The notes below the pieces were generated by a model, which worked only from the letters and a program-made list of their open reading frames with translations, had not been told where the DNA came from and did not search any database. Shown here piece after piece: positions 29,257 through 37,490 of a DNA stretch of 64,000 nt (positions within the stretch are counted from its first letter, which is position 1; each line of letters opens with the position of its first letter). The position numbers and the translations under genes were made by a program. Origin of the DNA: Candidatus Omnitrophota bacterium (GTDB taxonomy: Bacteria; Omnitrophota; Omnitrophia; Omnitrophales; Aquincolibacteriaceae); assembly GCA_043803685.1 (NCBI GenBank), contig JAZDJU010000037.1, positions 1 to 64,000 on the forward strand, given 5' to 3'.

Positions 29257-30486
29257 CTAAACTTCCGCTGTAACATTCGTCGATTCAAAAAGACACATGC
29301 GCTGGACTTTGATCCCTTTCAAAAGAACCCCTCCTCCGAACCCTGAGGTCACGGCCCCTCCGTTCCAGATCTCCGCGGACCGCTTGCTGAGACTTTGACG
29401 GAAACTGATCACCTTTTCGGCCAATCGGCTCCCCAGAACGGAATTGTCCAGAAAATCATAGGCCGTGATGAGCGCCACCTTGTCCTCGTTGGCCAGAATG
29501 AGCCCCTCCGGGATCACGATCATCTTCATCGCCCGAGGGGCATCCCCGATGGAGTCTGAGGCGATCTGCGCTTCGTAAAGAATCTTGTCGGCGGGGATCT
29601 CTGAGACAGCCTGAATGGCCTGGTCCAGAAGAACCTCAAAGCCTTGAACATGTTTCAGTTTTTCAAGATAGAACCTGAGGTAGGTCACTTCACGCGGCGT
29701 ATAGTAAGGATGATTTAGAAGCTTGTCCACTTTGACCGGAGAAAGACCCAGGCCTAAAAGCGCCTTCTTATTCATCTTGAAAAGGTCTTCACGGTCACTT
29801 TCATTGACTATCTGGTCGGCCGCGGCATTGATCGTACTTACGGTCAGCACCGCAGAAGCAAGCAACCCCACGGGAACAAAAAAAGTAGCGACAGCAACAA
29901 GCCCACGACCGCCCATATTGGCCTTGGCCATGGAGTTGAGTTTCTCCTGAAGGTCGGGATTCCGGCTATAGACATCGACGCCCAGTTTCTTGGCGATCTG
30001 TCTTTTTACGGAACTAAAAAAATTATCGCCTTTCTCGCCTTCTTCCTTTGTCCGGAAAACACCACCAATCTTCCCTCCCAGTTTCCCGATCCCTTTTCCG
30101 ATCCCCGTCACAGAATCCACGGGATGGACGGCCAGGTTCTTCAACCCTCGCCCAGTATCTTTCACCGAGTCCACAGCGCCACCCGCGACCCCGCTCCCTG
30201 CGCCATCGCTCTCCTTGAGTTGCTCTAGCACATCGATCTCATGAAGACGTTTCCGGAGATCACTCAATCCTTGAACGATATAGTTGCCCTCGGGCGATGA
30301 GACCGAAAACGTCAGAAAACCCGGAAACTGCCGGTTCTCCTGGACAGAAAGGATCTTGGCGTAGGGCGACTGGGCCGGATAAAAATCCTTGGGAAGCCGG
30401 AGATCCTGCATCGTCACGGCCCCATAAGAAAGGGCTTGGGAAAAAGTGAGGGACAGGACGAGAAGAAAACCTATCTTTTTTTTCAT
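29257..30486 (-). CDS. Exported hypothetical protein
   Basis: Signal peptide, Gly-rich amphipathic segment, LGVDVYS.N motif and a hydrophobic hairpin. Confidence 0.8.
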   Translation of the reverse strand: MKKKIGFLLVLSLTFSQALSYGAVTMQDLRLPKDFYPAQSPYAKILSVQENRQFPGFLTFSVSSPEGNYIVQGLSDLRKRLHEIDVLEQLKESDGAGSGVAGGAVDSVKDTGRGLKNLAVHPVDSVTGIGKGIGKLGGKIGGVFRTKEEGEKGDNFFSSVKRQIAKKLGVDVYSRNPDLQEKLNSMAKANMGGRGLVAVATFFVPVGLLASAVLTVSTINAAADQIVNESDREDLFKMNKKALLGLGLSPVKVDKLLNHPYYTPREVTYLRFYLEKLKHVQGFEVLLDQAIQAVSEIPADKILYEAQIASDSIGDAPRAMKMIVIPEGLILANEDKVALITAYDFLDNSVLGSRLAEKVISFRQSLSKRSAEIWNGGAVTSGFGGGVLLKGIKVQRMCLFESTNVTAEV

Positions 30487-30508
30487 AGCAACCCTCTCTA
30501 AGAACAGG

Positions 30509-30856
30509 TTAAGCGTTCTTTCCGGGAGCTTCCTGTGCCGGACCTGAATCCTGTTTCGCCATTTTCCCCCGCATCGGACATTGCATACCCATCATCGGAG
30601 AAGATGGCATTTTCACATCGACCTCTTTAACGATATTCAGATCCGCGTCGTACTTCATGAGTTTATTGCCCGCGAGAACGATCACGCCACCCTCATCGGT
30701 CGCAACCATCTGGGATCCGCCCATCATCGCGGCGCACATCTTTCCCATACCCGGCATGGGGCCTCCCGGCATTTCTTCTATCTTAAGCTCTTCGGCAAAT
30801 GCCGCTATCGAAAACAAAAACGATGCCGCAAGCGCTAGCCCAATGATCTTTCTCAT
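30509..30856 (-). CDS. Small exported Met/Cys-rich protein
   Basis: Signal peptide; two Met-rich segments, each with one Cys. Confidence 0.8.
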   Translation of the reverse strand: MRKIIGLALAASFLFSIAAFAEELKIEEMPGGPMPGMGKMCAAMMGGSQMVATDEGGVIVLAGNKLMKYDADLNIVKEVDVKMPSSPMMGMQCPMRGKMAKQDSGPAQEAPGKNA

Positions 30857-30953
30857 GGTTTCCCCCTTCGCGAACGGCGTTCGCTTTCCGGTATCGTTTT
30901 TTGATGCATCCTACTCAGCCATAAGGCATCGCAACTACAACAGCAATGCGCTC

Positions 30954-31961
30954 CTAAGCCTTCCCAGCAGAACCCAGAACATGTTCATTTTTGTGCTTGT
31001 ACATCGCGACGAGCGCGTCACGCGCGGGACCAAGATATTTACGCGGATCGAACTCCGCGGGCTTCTCTTTAAAAGTCTTACGGATCGCAGCCGTCATCCA
31101 CAAACGCCCATCAGAATCAATGTTGACCTTGCAAACAGCAGACTTGGCCGCCGTGCGGAGCTGCTCCTCAGGGATCCCCACGGAATCCTTGAGAGCGCCG
31201 CCATTCTCATTGATGATCTTGACCGCTTCCACGGGGACCGACGACGCGCCATGAAGCACGATCGGAAAACCCGGGATCTGTTGTTCGATCTCTTTAAGGA
31301 TATCGAAACGAAGCGGCGGCGGGATCAATATCCCTTCGGCGTTCCGCGTGCACTGGGCCGGCTTGAATTTGTTGGCTCCATGCGAAGTGCCGATCGAAAT
31401 CGCGAGCGAATCCACGTTCGTCTCTTTCACGAACTTCACGACATCCTTCGGATCAGTGTAAGTCGAGTGTTCCGCGCTCACATCATCTTCGATCCCCGCG
31501 AGCACGCCGAGCTCTCCTTCGACGGTCACATCGTTCTGGTGCGCGAATTCGACCACCTGCCGGGTCAACTCGATGTTCTTTTCGAAAGAATGATGGGAAC
31601 CATCGATCATCACGGACGAAAAACCGGATTCGATGCAGGACTTCGCAAGCTCAAAGGTATCCCCGTGGTCGAGATGAAGCGCCATGGGGACCGGTTTCAA
31701 CCCCTTTTCTTTCGCGTAGGCCTTCATCATCTCCACCGCGCCCTGGCCCATATACTGCAAGAGAATCTGGTTGGCATATTTGCGCGCGCCGCTTGAGACC
31801 TGGAGGATCACGGGCGATTGGGTTTCCACGCAGGCCATGACGATCGCCTGGATCTGTTCCATATTGTTAAAGTTGTAGGCTGGGACCGCATACCCGCCCT
31901 TAAAAGCCTTTTGGAACATTTCGCGCGTATTAGAAAAACCAAGTTGCTTGTACGAAATCAT
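30954..31961 (-). CDS. fba: Class II fructose-bisphosphate aldolase
   Basis: LHLDHG, SSVMIDGS, VEGELG, IGTSHG, VLHGAS, KVNIDSD, FDPRKY. Confidence 0.96.
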   Translation of the reverse strand: MISYKQLGFSNTREMFQKAFKGGYAVPAYNFNNMEQIQAIVMACVETQSPVILQVSSGARKYANQILLQYMGQGAVEMMKAYAKEKGLKPVPMALHLDHGDTFELAKSCIESGFSSVMIDGSHHSFEKNIELTRQVVEFAHQNDVTVEGELGVLAGIEDDVSAEHSTYTDPKDVVKFVKETNVDSLAISIGTSHGANKFKPAQCTRNAEGILIPPPLRFDILKEIEQQIPGFPIVLHGASSVPVEAVKIINENGGALKDSVGIPEEQLRTAAKSAVCKVNIDSDGRLWMTAAIRKTFKEKPAEFDPRKYLGPARDALVAMYKHKNEHVLGSAGKA

Positions 31962-31978
31962 TTGAATTCTCCTTCGCT

Positions 31979-32056
31979 TAGACTGAGGACTGCAGACCGG
32001 AGACTACAGACAAAAAGCTTTTGCTTCGGTCTCTAGTCTCTTGTCTGTCGTCTGTT
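31979..32056. repeat. Heptad-based intergenic palindrome
   Basis: agactga ggactgc agaccgg agactac agac ... gtctcta gtctctt gtctgtc gtct. Confidence 0.7.
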
Positions 32057-32059
32057 ATG

Positions 32060-32647
32060 TTAATAATTTTCGATCCAGATCTCAAAGTTCCCCTGCGGAT
32101 GATCGCAAACGGGGCAACGCTCCGGGGCCTTGGAAGCCTCGACGATATAACCGCATTCAAGGCACTTCCAATAAACCTTGCCGTCCTTGACAAAAAGCTT
32201 GTGGTGCTCCAACGCGTTATAAAGTTTGTTGTAGCGCTCCTCGTGACGTTTCTCGACCATCGCCACATGCTTAAAGGTGCGTGCCACATCCGCGAACCCT
32301 TCCTGTTCGGCGATCGCTGAAAAAGCCGGATAAAGGTCGGACCATTCCTCTTTTTCACCCATCGCGGCAGACTTGAGATTTTGAAGAGTGTCCGCGAATG
32401 CTACGGGATAACTCGCGTGGATCTCCACGGAGTTGCCGTTGAGGCCATGTTTGATCAGTTGCCCATAAAAAAGCTTGGCGTGTTCCTTTTCATTATCCGC
32501 CGTTTCCTGGAAGATGTTCGAGATCTGACGATACCCTTCCTTCAAAGCCGTCTTGGCATAATAGGTATAACGCATCCTTGCCTGGGATTCACCGGCAAAC
32601 GATTTCATGAGATTTTCAGCTGTTTTACTTCCTTTGAACTCCGCCAT
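32060..32647 (-). CDS. rbr: Rubrerythrin
   Basis: FAGESQA..RY, NEKEHA, E..HEERY and C-terminal CLECG...CPVCDHP rubredoxin domain. Confidence 0.96.
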   Translation of the reverse strand: MAEFKGSKTAENLMKSFAGESQARMRYTYYAKTALKEGYRQISNIFQETADNEKEHAKLFYGQLIKHGLNGNSVEIHASYPVAFADTLQNLKSAAMGEKEEWSDLYPAFSAIAEQEGFADVARTFKHVAMVEKRHEERYNKLYNALEHHKLFVKDGKVYWKCLECGYIVEASKAPERCPVCDHPQGNFEIWIENY

Positions 32648-32777
32648 AAACGTCTCCTTTATTTGAAAAACACATGCCCAGAATGGGTCTTGGGGGGATG
32701 ACTGCTCTCGAAACAGGTCGGTATTATACCATCGAGCGCAGGGCGGTAAAGAAAAAGCTAAGGAGATGAGGCGGGGC

Positions 32778-34202
32778 TCAGTCGTTGCCGGCGGAGAAGG
32801 TCAGGATATCCCGAAGGGATTTTTTGTGGCGGCGAAAAAGCTCCAGATCCTCCTTGGTGGCGACCCAGGTCAACGTTTTCTCCCCTTGGGACCACTGGAA
32901 CCTCAACGACTGATAATCCTGAAAGCTATAACTCCGCAACACCTCCACAAATTCCCGGGCCACGCGCTCCCAAAAATAGAGAATGTCTTCGTGAAGCCCC
33001 TGCTCTGGAGTATAGGCGATCGCTTTCGGATCTTTTAAAGAAGCCACTTGATTGAACAGAAAATCCGGCTGAGGCCTGGTTTCGAAACGAACCACGAGCT
33101 TGACGCTTGTGAACGTGTTGGAGATCCGTTCATCTTCAGTCGCAAGTATCTGGAGCCGCCGCGTCAGCTGGCGAGAGAGAAAATCCCCCATGGAGATATC
33201 CGGAGTTTTGAATTCCGTTTCCCAATTCGGAAGGCTTTTGGTGACCATGGCGCGCGTAAAGGTGAAGTCCGGAGCGGCACTCTTGTCATCCAGGTAAACC
33301 ATCGGAATGATCCGGCGAATTTTTTCCGTATCGTCCGTGGTCGATACCTGGAACAAATATTCCATCACGCGGGGTTTGAAGCCGGTATCTTGGGGGTCCT
33401 TAGGAACGGCCTCGGCCTTGGCATAGACCACGATATCATTATCCTGGATGGGAATGCTTTTCAAGTCCAGGACGACCCACTGGGCGCGACTCCGCGGCAA
33501 GTCATGCCCTCCGGCATCCTTATAAAAGAACTCTTCCATCCATTTGGCAGAAGCGGTATTTTGGAAATAGCGGTCCCGGACATCGTTCGCTGTGGCCTCA
33601 TTCAGATCCTTGAAGAAATGCCGCACGGACCGGTGCCAGAGCGCGGCGCGGTTCATGTGGAGATCGTGAACAATGCGCTTGCGATATTCACTGCGCGGGA
33701 TGTCCCAAAACCGGACCCTCTTGAGATCATCGATCTGTCCGATAAAAGTCAGGTCCATGCCGCTTTTTTCGACATCGGTGGCCTGGAGATAGTAAAAATC
33801 GATCTTTTTATCCGTGCTGAGCATGATCCGGGACATGGAAAAAAGAATGTCTTCCACTTTATCGATCGCCTCTTCCGTCGGCTGAAAAAGACTTTCCATG
33901 TCCGTCACTTTACCGCTCATCAGCGCTTCTTTAAGGTCTGTCGTGAAAAGCTTATCGAGAGGCAGGAATACCCCGAGGGTCGTCCCGACGAACTCCACTT
34001 CAATGTGAGGGATCTTGTATTCCTTAAGAGCGATCGCCTGGAGGGCTTCCTTGCAGCGAGCTTCCGGATAGGTCACAGGGCCGCAACCTGAAAAAGCAGC
34101 GGAACATAGAACGAGGCCCGAGATCACAAAAAAACGGGACAGTCCCCCAGAAAACCCGGAGAAACTGTCCCGTTGATTCGAAAGAAACTCTTTTAGATCC
34201 AA
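32778..34202 (-). CDS. Hypothetical lipoprotein
   Basis: Hydrophobic stretch ending FSGC (lipobox-like); begins 4 nt after the ftsH-like stop; TTG start uncertain. Confidence 0.8.
   Translation of the reverse strand: MDLKEFLSNQRDSFSGFSGGLSRFFVISGLVLCSAAFSGCGPVTYPEARCKEALQAIALKEYKIPHIEVEFVGTTLGVFLPLDKLFTTDLKEALMSGKVTDMESLFQPTEEAIDKVEDILFSMSRIMLSTDKKIDFYYLQATDVEKSGMDLTFIGQIDDLKRVRFWDIPRSEYRKRIVHDLHMNRAALWHRSVRHFFKDLNEATANDVRDRYFQNTASAKWMEEFFYKDAGGHDLPRSRAQWVVLDLKSIPIQDNDIVVYAKAEAVPKDPQDTGFKPRVMEYLFQVSTTDDTEKIRRIIPMVYLDDKSAAPDFTFTRAMVTKSLPNWETEFKTPDISMGDFLSRQLTRRLQILATEDERISNTFTSVKLVVRFETRPQPDFLFNQVASLKDPKAIAYTPEQGLHEDILYFWERVAREFVEVLRSYSFQDYQSLRFQWSQGEKTLTWVATKEDLELFRRHKKSLRDILTFSAGND
34133..34174. 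repeat. GGGACAG-family palindrome variant at the 5' end of the lipoprotein ORF
   Basis: AACGGGACAGT...ACTGTCCCGTT 11-bp inverted repeat. Confidence 0.55.
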
Positions 34203-34206
34203 AGCC

Positions 34207-35862
34207 TTATACCTTCGGCGGTTCCGTGCCCTGAGTCAAAAAAGACCTCCGAGGATTGACCTTGCCGAATTCCTCAAAAATAGCCTCGATCTCGTCGTAA
34301 TCAAGTTCCTGTTTGGTCAAAAGCTCGTGCGAGAAACGTTCAAAAAGATCCTTTTCCTTCCGGAGCAGGGCATCCACTTCGGTCATGGCTTCCTTGAGGA
34401 GCTTGTCCACATCCTGATTGAGACGCATCTTGACGTCTTCGGAAAGGAGAAGCGCGTTGCTATCCTTGTAGATCGTATAATCCCCGATCATTCCGGAAGC
34501 TCCCATGCCGAGCACCCACACCATGAAATGAGCAAGGTTCATCGCCTGTTTGAAATCCGAAGTCACTCCGGTCGTGCTGGTGTTGAACTTGATCTTCTCG
34601 GCCACGTAACCCGCCAGGCAGATCTTGATATCCGCAAACAGGGTTTCGCGATCCCGACCATGCCATTCCTCGATCGAGGTAGGATGCACGACGCCGAGCG
34701 ATGATTTTCTCGGAATGATGGAAGCCTTGAACACATCATCGCGAGGATGCGACAGATAGGTCACGATCAAATGACCCGACTCGTGATAAGCGGTCATCTC
34801 CCGCTCCCGCGCATTCACTGTAAGCTTTTGTTTCATCCCGAGCTCGATCCTCTCGATCGCTTCGGAAATATCGCGCAGACCCACAACATCCTTTTTATTG
34901 CGCGTGGCGATCAGAGCCGATTCCTTCACAATGTTCTCGATATCCGCGGGCGACTTATCGACCGCTTTTCGCGCCAGGCGCTTGCAATCGATCCCCGCCT
35001 CGTATTTGATCTTGCTCAGATAGAAGCGAAAAAGGGATTCGCGTCCCTCAAGATTCGGCTTTTTGATATACACCTTACGATCAAAGCGACCCGGACGGAG
35101 AAGCGCCGGGTCCAGGATATCTTCCGAAGCGTTCGTCGCTCCGATCACAATGATGTTCTCCGACCTGTCCCCCAAACCGTCCATGGCGACCAGGAGCTGG
35201 TTCTGCGTGGTGTTACCCTCACCGCTTCCGAACTGATTGAAGGTACGGCGCTGGCCCATCGCGTCCAACTCATCGATAAAAACGATGCAGCCTCCGAACC
35301 CATAGGCCAGACGCTGCGCTTTCTTGAAAAGCTGCCGCACGCGACTCGCGCCGACACCGACGAAGACCTCGTGGAATTCACTCGCGGCCATGGACAAGAA
35401 TGGAAGCCCGGCTTCCGTCGCGATAGCCTTGGCAAGATACGTCTTCCCGCATCCCGGAGGCCCCATCATGAGAATACCGCGCAAGATCCTCCCGCCGATC
35501 TTTTTCAAGCGCGCGTGATCCTTAATGAGCTGCACGACTTCCCAACATTCGTCTTTGGCTTCATCGATCCCGATCACGTCCGAGAACTTGATCTGGACCT
35601 CTTTGGTCTTGATGCTTTTTTTATCAAGCTTCGAGAACCCGCTCCGGAAGACCATCATGTACATGTAGACGAAGATCACGGAGTTGATAATGACCATGAG
35701 GATCTGGAGCGGCAGCTGCGCCAGGGTGATATTCCGGTAATAGCTTTCGAGAGACGCCATGCCCCAGATCGACAGGACCACAAGGAGTACGGCAGCGAAA
35801 ATAATGGCCGCCTTCACCCAGTGGTCCATGAGAAATAATTTCCAACGACGCCATTTATTCAT
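34207..35862 (-). CDS. Second FtsH-like AAA+ zinc metalloprotease (very short periplasmic loop)
   Basis: Two close TM segments, [31 protein letters not shown]. Confidence 0.92.
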   Translation of the reverse strand: MNKWRRWKLFLMDHWVKAAIIFAAVLLVVLSIWGMASLESYYRNITLAQLPLQILMVIINSVIFVYMYMMVFRSGFSKLDKKSIKTKEVQIKFSDVIGIDEAKDECWEVVQLIKDHARLKKIGGRILRGILMMGPPGCGKTYLAKAIATEAGLPFLSMAASEFHEVFVGVGASRVRQLFKKAQRLAYGFGGCIVFIDELDAMGQRRTFNQFGSGEGNTTQNQLLVAMDGLGDRSENIIVIGATNASEDILDPALLRPGRFDRKVYIKKPNLEGRESLFRFYLSKIKYEAGIDCKRLARKAVDKSPADIENIVKESALIATRNKKDVVGLRDISEAIERIELGMKQKLTVNAREREMTAYHESGHLIVTYLSHPRDDVFKASIIPRKSSLGVVHPTSIEEWHGRDRETLFADIKICLAGYVAEKIKFNTSTTGVTSDFKQAMNLAHFMVWVLGMGASGMIGDYTIYKDSNALLLSEDVKMRLNQDVDKLLKEAMTEVDALLRKEKDLFERFSHELLTKQELDYDEIEAIFEEFGKVNPRRSFLTQGTEPPKV

Positions 35863-36082
35863 AAAAACCGCCTTTTCTGAAGAAAAGTTAAGTGGGAGTG
35901 ATCCCGAAAAACAGCGTGGATTATACCTGTTTTAAGGTCAAAACACACGCCTTAGTGCTGATTCCCCATAACCTTTTAATCATACCAGCACAATACCGTT
36001 AACCCTCCAAATTAAGGGAGAACGGTATAGAATTTCGGCAGAAATGTCATTCCCTTGAGAAGTGAACGCGCAACGCTGAGTT

Positions 36083-36155
36083 TCCCCCTCTTTGAAAAAG
36101 AGGGGCCAGGGGAGATTTCAAATCCCCCTCAAGTCCCCCTTTGCAAAAGGGGGAG
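36083..36155. repeat. Paired inverted REP-like palindromes (TCCCCCTTTG/AAAGGGGGA type)
   Basis: TCCCCCTCTTTGAAAAAGAGGGG-CCAGGGGAGATTT / AAATCCCCCTCAAG-TCCCCCTTTGCAAAAGGGGGA. Confidence 0.75.
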
Positions 36156-36308
36156 AATTGGTTGGACAACTACGGCATGAAATAGAACACACACCCTTAC
36201 GTCAAGGCGTTGAAAGGAAACGCGAATGGCTCAAGAGAAAGGGTTTCGCCGCGGACTTTGAGAGAGAGCCCGTAATCTCCACAAATGCGTTCGAAAGCTT
36301 TCCGACGT

Positions 36309-36807
36309 TTACCAGTTGGGCTTACACCCTTGGGCGGAAAAACCAGCTACGCCACCGTCGGCAGTCACATAACCTGCCGAGCATTCCCATTTATCAGCAT
36401 TAACGCCCGTATGAAAACGGGCTATGGTGGGAACACCTGAAATCGGAGTACGAGCTGCTGCGCAATAGTACTCTCCTGCGGATGTGCTACACGTGTACCG
36501 AAAATCCTTTTGTATAATATTCCCCATGCCAAGAGAGCTAGGGGGAGTGCAAGTACTTGGAGGCGCAGCACAAATGAATGCCTCAGGCGTTGTCGACCCC
36601 TTGAGATCCATGTTTGCTTGTTGGGCGCGAATCAGAGCGCCAACCATTTGATAGGCTTCAGCCATTTTTGCTTTTTCAGGTGAGCCCAACATTCGAGGGA
36701 TGACCAAAGCCGCAAGAACACCGATGATCACCACGACGATCAAAACCTCAATCAGCGTGAATCCCTGCTTGCTTGCTTGCTTGCTTGCTTGCTTTAGATC
36801 GTCTCAT
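36309..36807 (-). pseudogene. Type IV pilin/pseudopilin, frameshifted in its leader by an (AAGC)7 tract (likely phase OFF)
   Basis: AGGAG SD and ATG at 36807; class III signal QG|FTLIEVLIVVVIIGVLAALVIP lies 1 nt out of frame; Cys-containing C-terminal domain. Confidence 0.88.
36767..36794. repeat. Tetranucleotide SSR (GCTT)7 / (AAGC)7
   Basis: Seven perfect GCTT units counted directly. Confidence 0.97.
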
Positions 36808-36902
36808 GCCTTCTCCTGCTGATCCGGCCATTTTTTCGGCGTCAAAACATCCGACCCTCTGGGGCTCTACAGTAAAACGACTTCACGAGGGGAAATCTTA
36901 AA

Positions 36903-37376
36903 TCACCACCAGGTGTCTTCCTCTTTTTTCGTCGATGCGGCATCCTCGGTCTTTGACTCCGCCGCGGGCTCTTCCACGACTTCTTCGTTCAGGACCTTCT
37001 CGGTTTCTGGAGGAATTTCCGGAAGAGGTTCCGAAACCGCTTCGGCATGGGAATCCGTTTGAGGGTCCTTGGGTTCTTCCTCCCACCAGCTTGAGGTTCC
37101 CGCCGGCGAAGCGGCCTCCACGGCAACGGTCTTGGCGGAAGAATCTGTTTTTTCTTTTTCAATGGGAGGATCGATCAAGAAACCTTCCCGGGGAACATTC
37201 TTAACGTGATACATCAACGGCCCCTTTTTGCCATCCTTCTCCTCTTCCTTTTTCTGTTCATAAAGAATGGGATTGGTCTGCGTATCCCGGACAGGATCCT
37301 CCGACCTCCGGATCGACCCTACGTTCAGGCCCGCGAGAACACTTACAAAGATGAGGAACAAAATCTTTTTGTTCAT
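36903..37376 (-). CDS. Membrane-anchored/exported acidic low-complexity protein
   Basis: MNKKILFLIFVSVLAG N-terminus; Glu-rich body with SSWWEEE and terminal DTWW. Confidence 0.75.
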   Translation of the reverse strand: MNKKILFLIFVSVLAGLNVGSIRRSEDPVRDTQTNPILYEQKKEEEKDGKKGPLMYHVKNVPREGFLIDPPIEKEKTDSSAKTVAVEAASPAGTSSWWEEEPKDPQTDSHAEAVSEPLPEIPPETEKVLNEEVVEEPAAESKTEDAASTKKEEDTWW

Positions 37377-37433
37377 AGGTAAAGGGTACCCTATGCAGAC
37401 GCAAAGCGCAAATGTGCGCTTTGTGTGCGTCTC

Positions 37434-37490
37434 GGGAAACGGGGAACGTCGGACGCTTGCGTCACCCGTTCCACGTTCACCGTTCCCCGA
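37434..37490. repeat. Heptad-based palindrome overlapping the uvrA stop
   Basis: gggaaac ggggaac g ... cgttcca cgttcac cgttccc. Confidence 0.6.

Noticed and set aside
36092..36403. 103-aa plus-strand ORF
   Set aside because: Starts inside a palindromic repeat, overlaps the pilin antisense and has no motif or SD.
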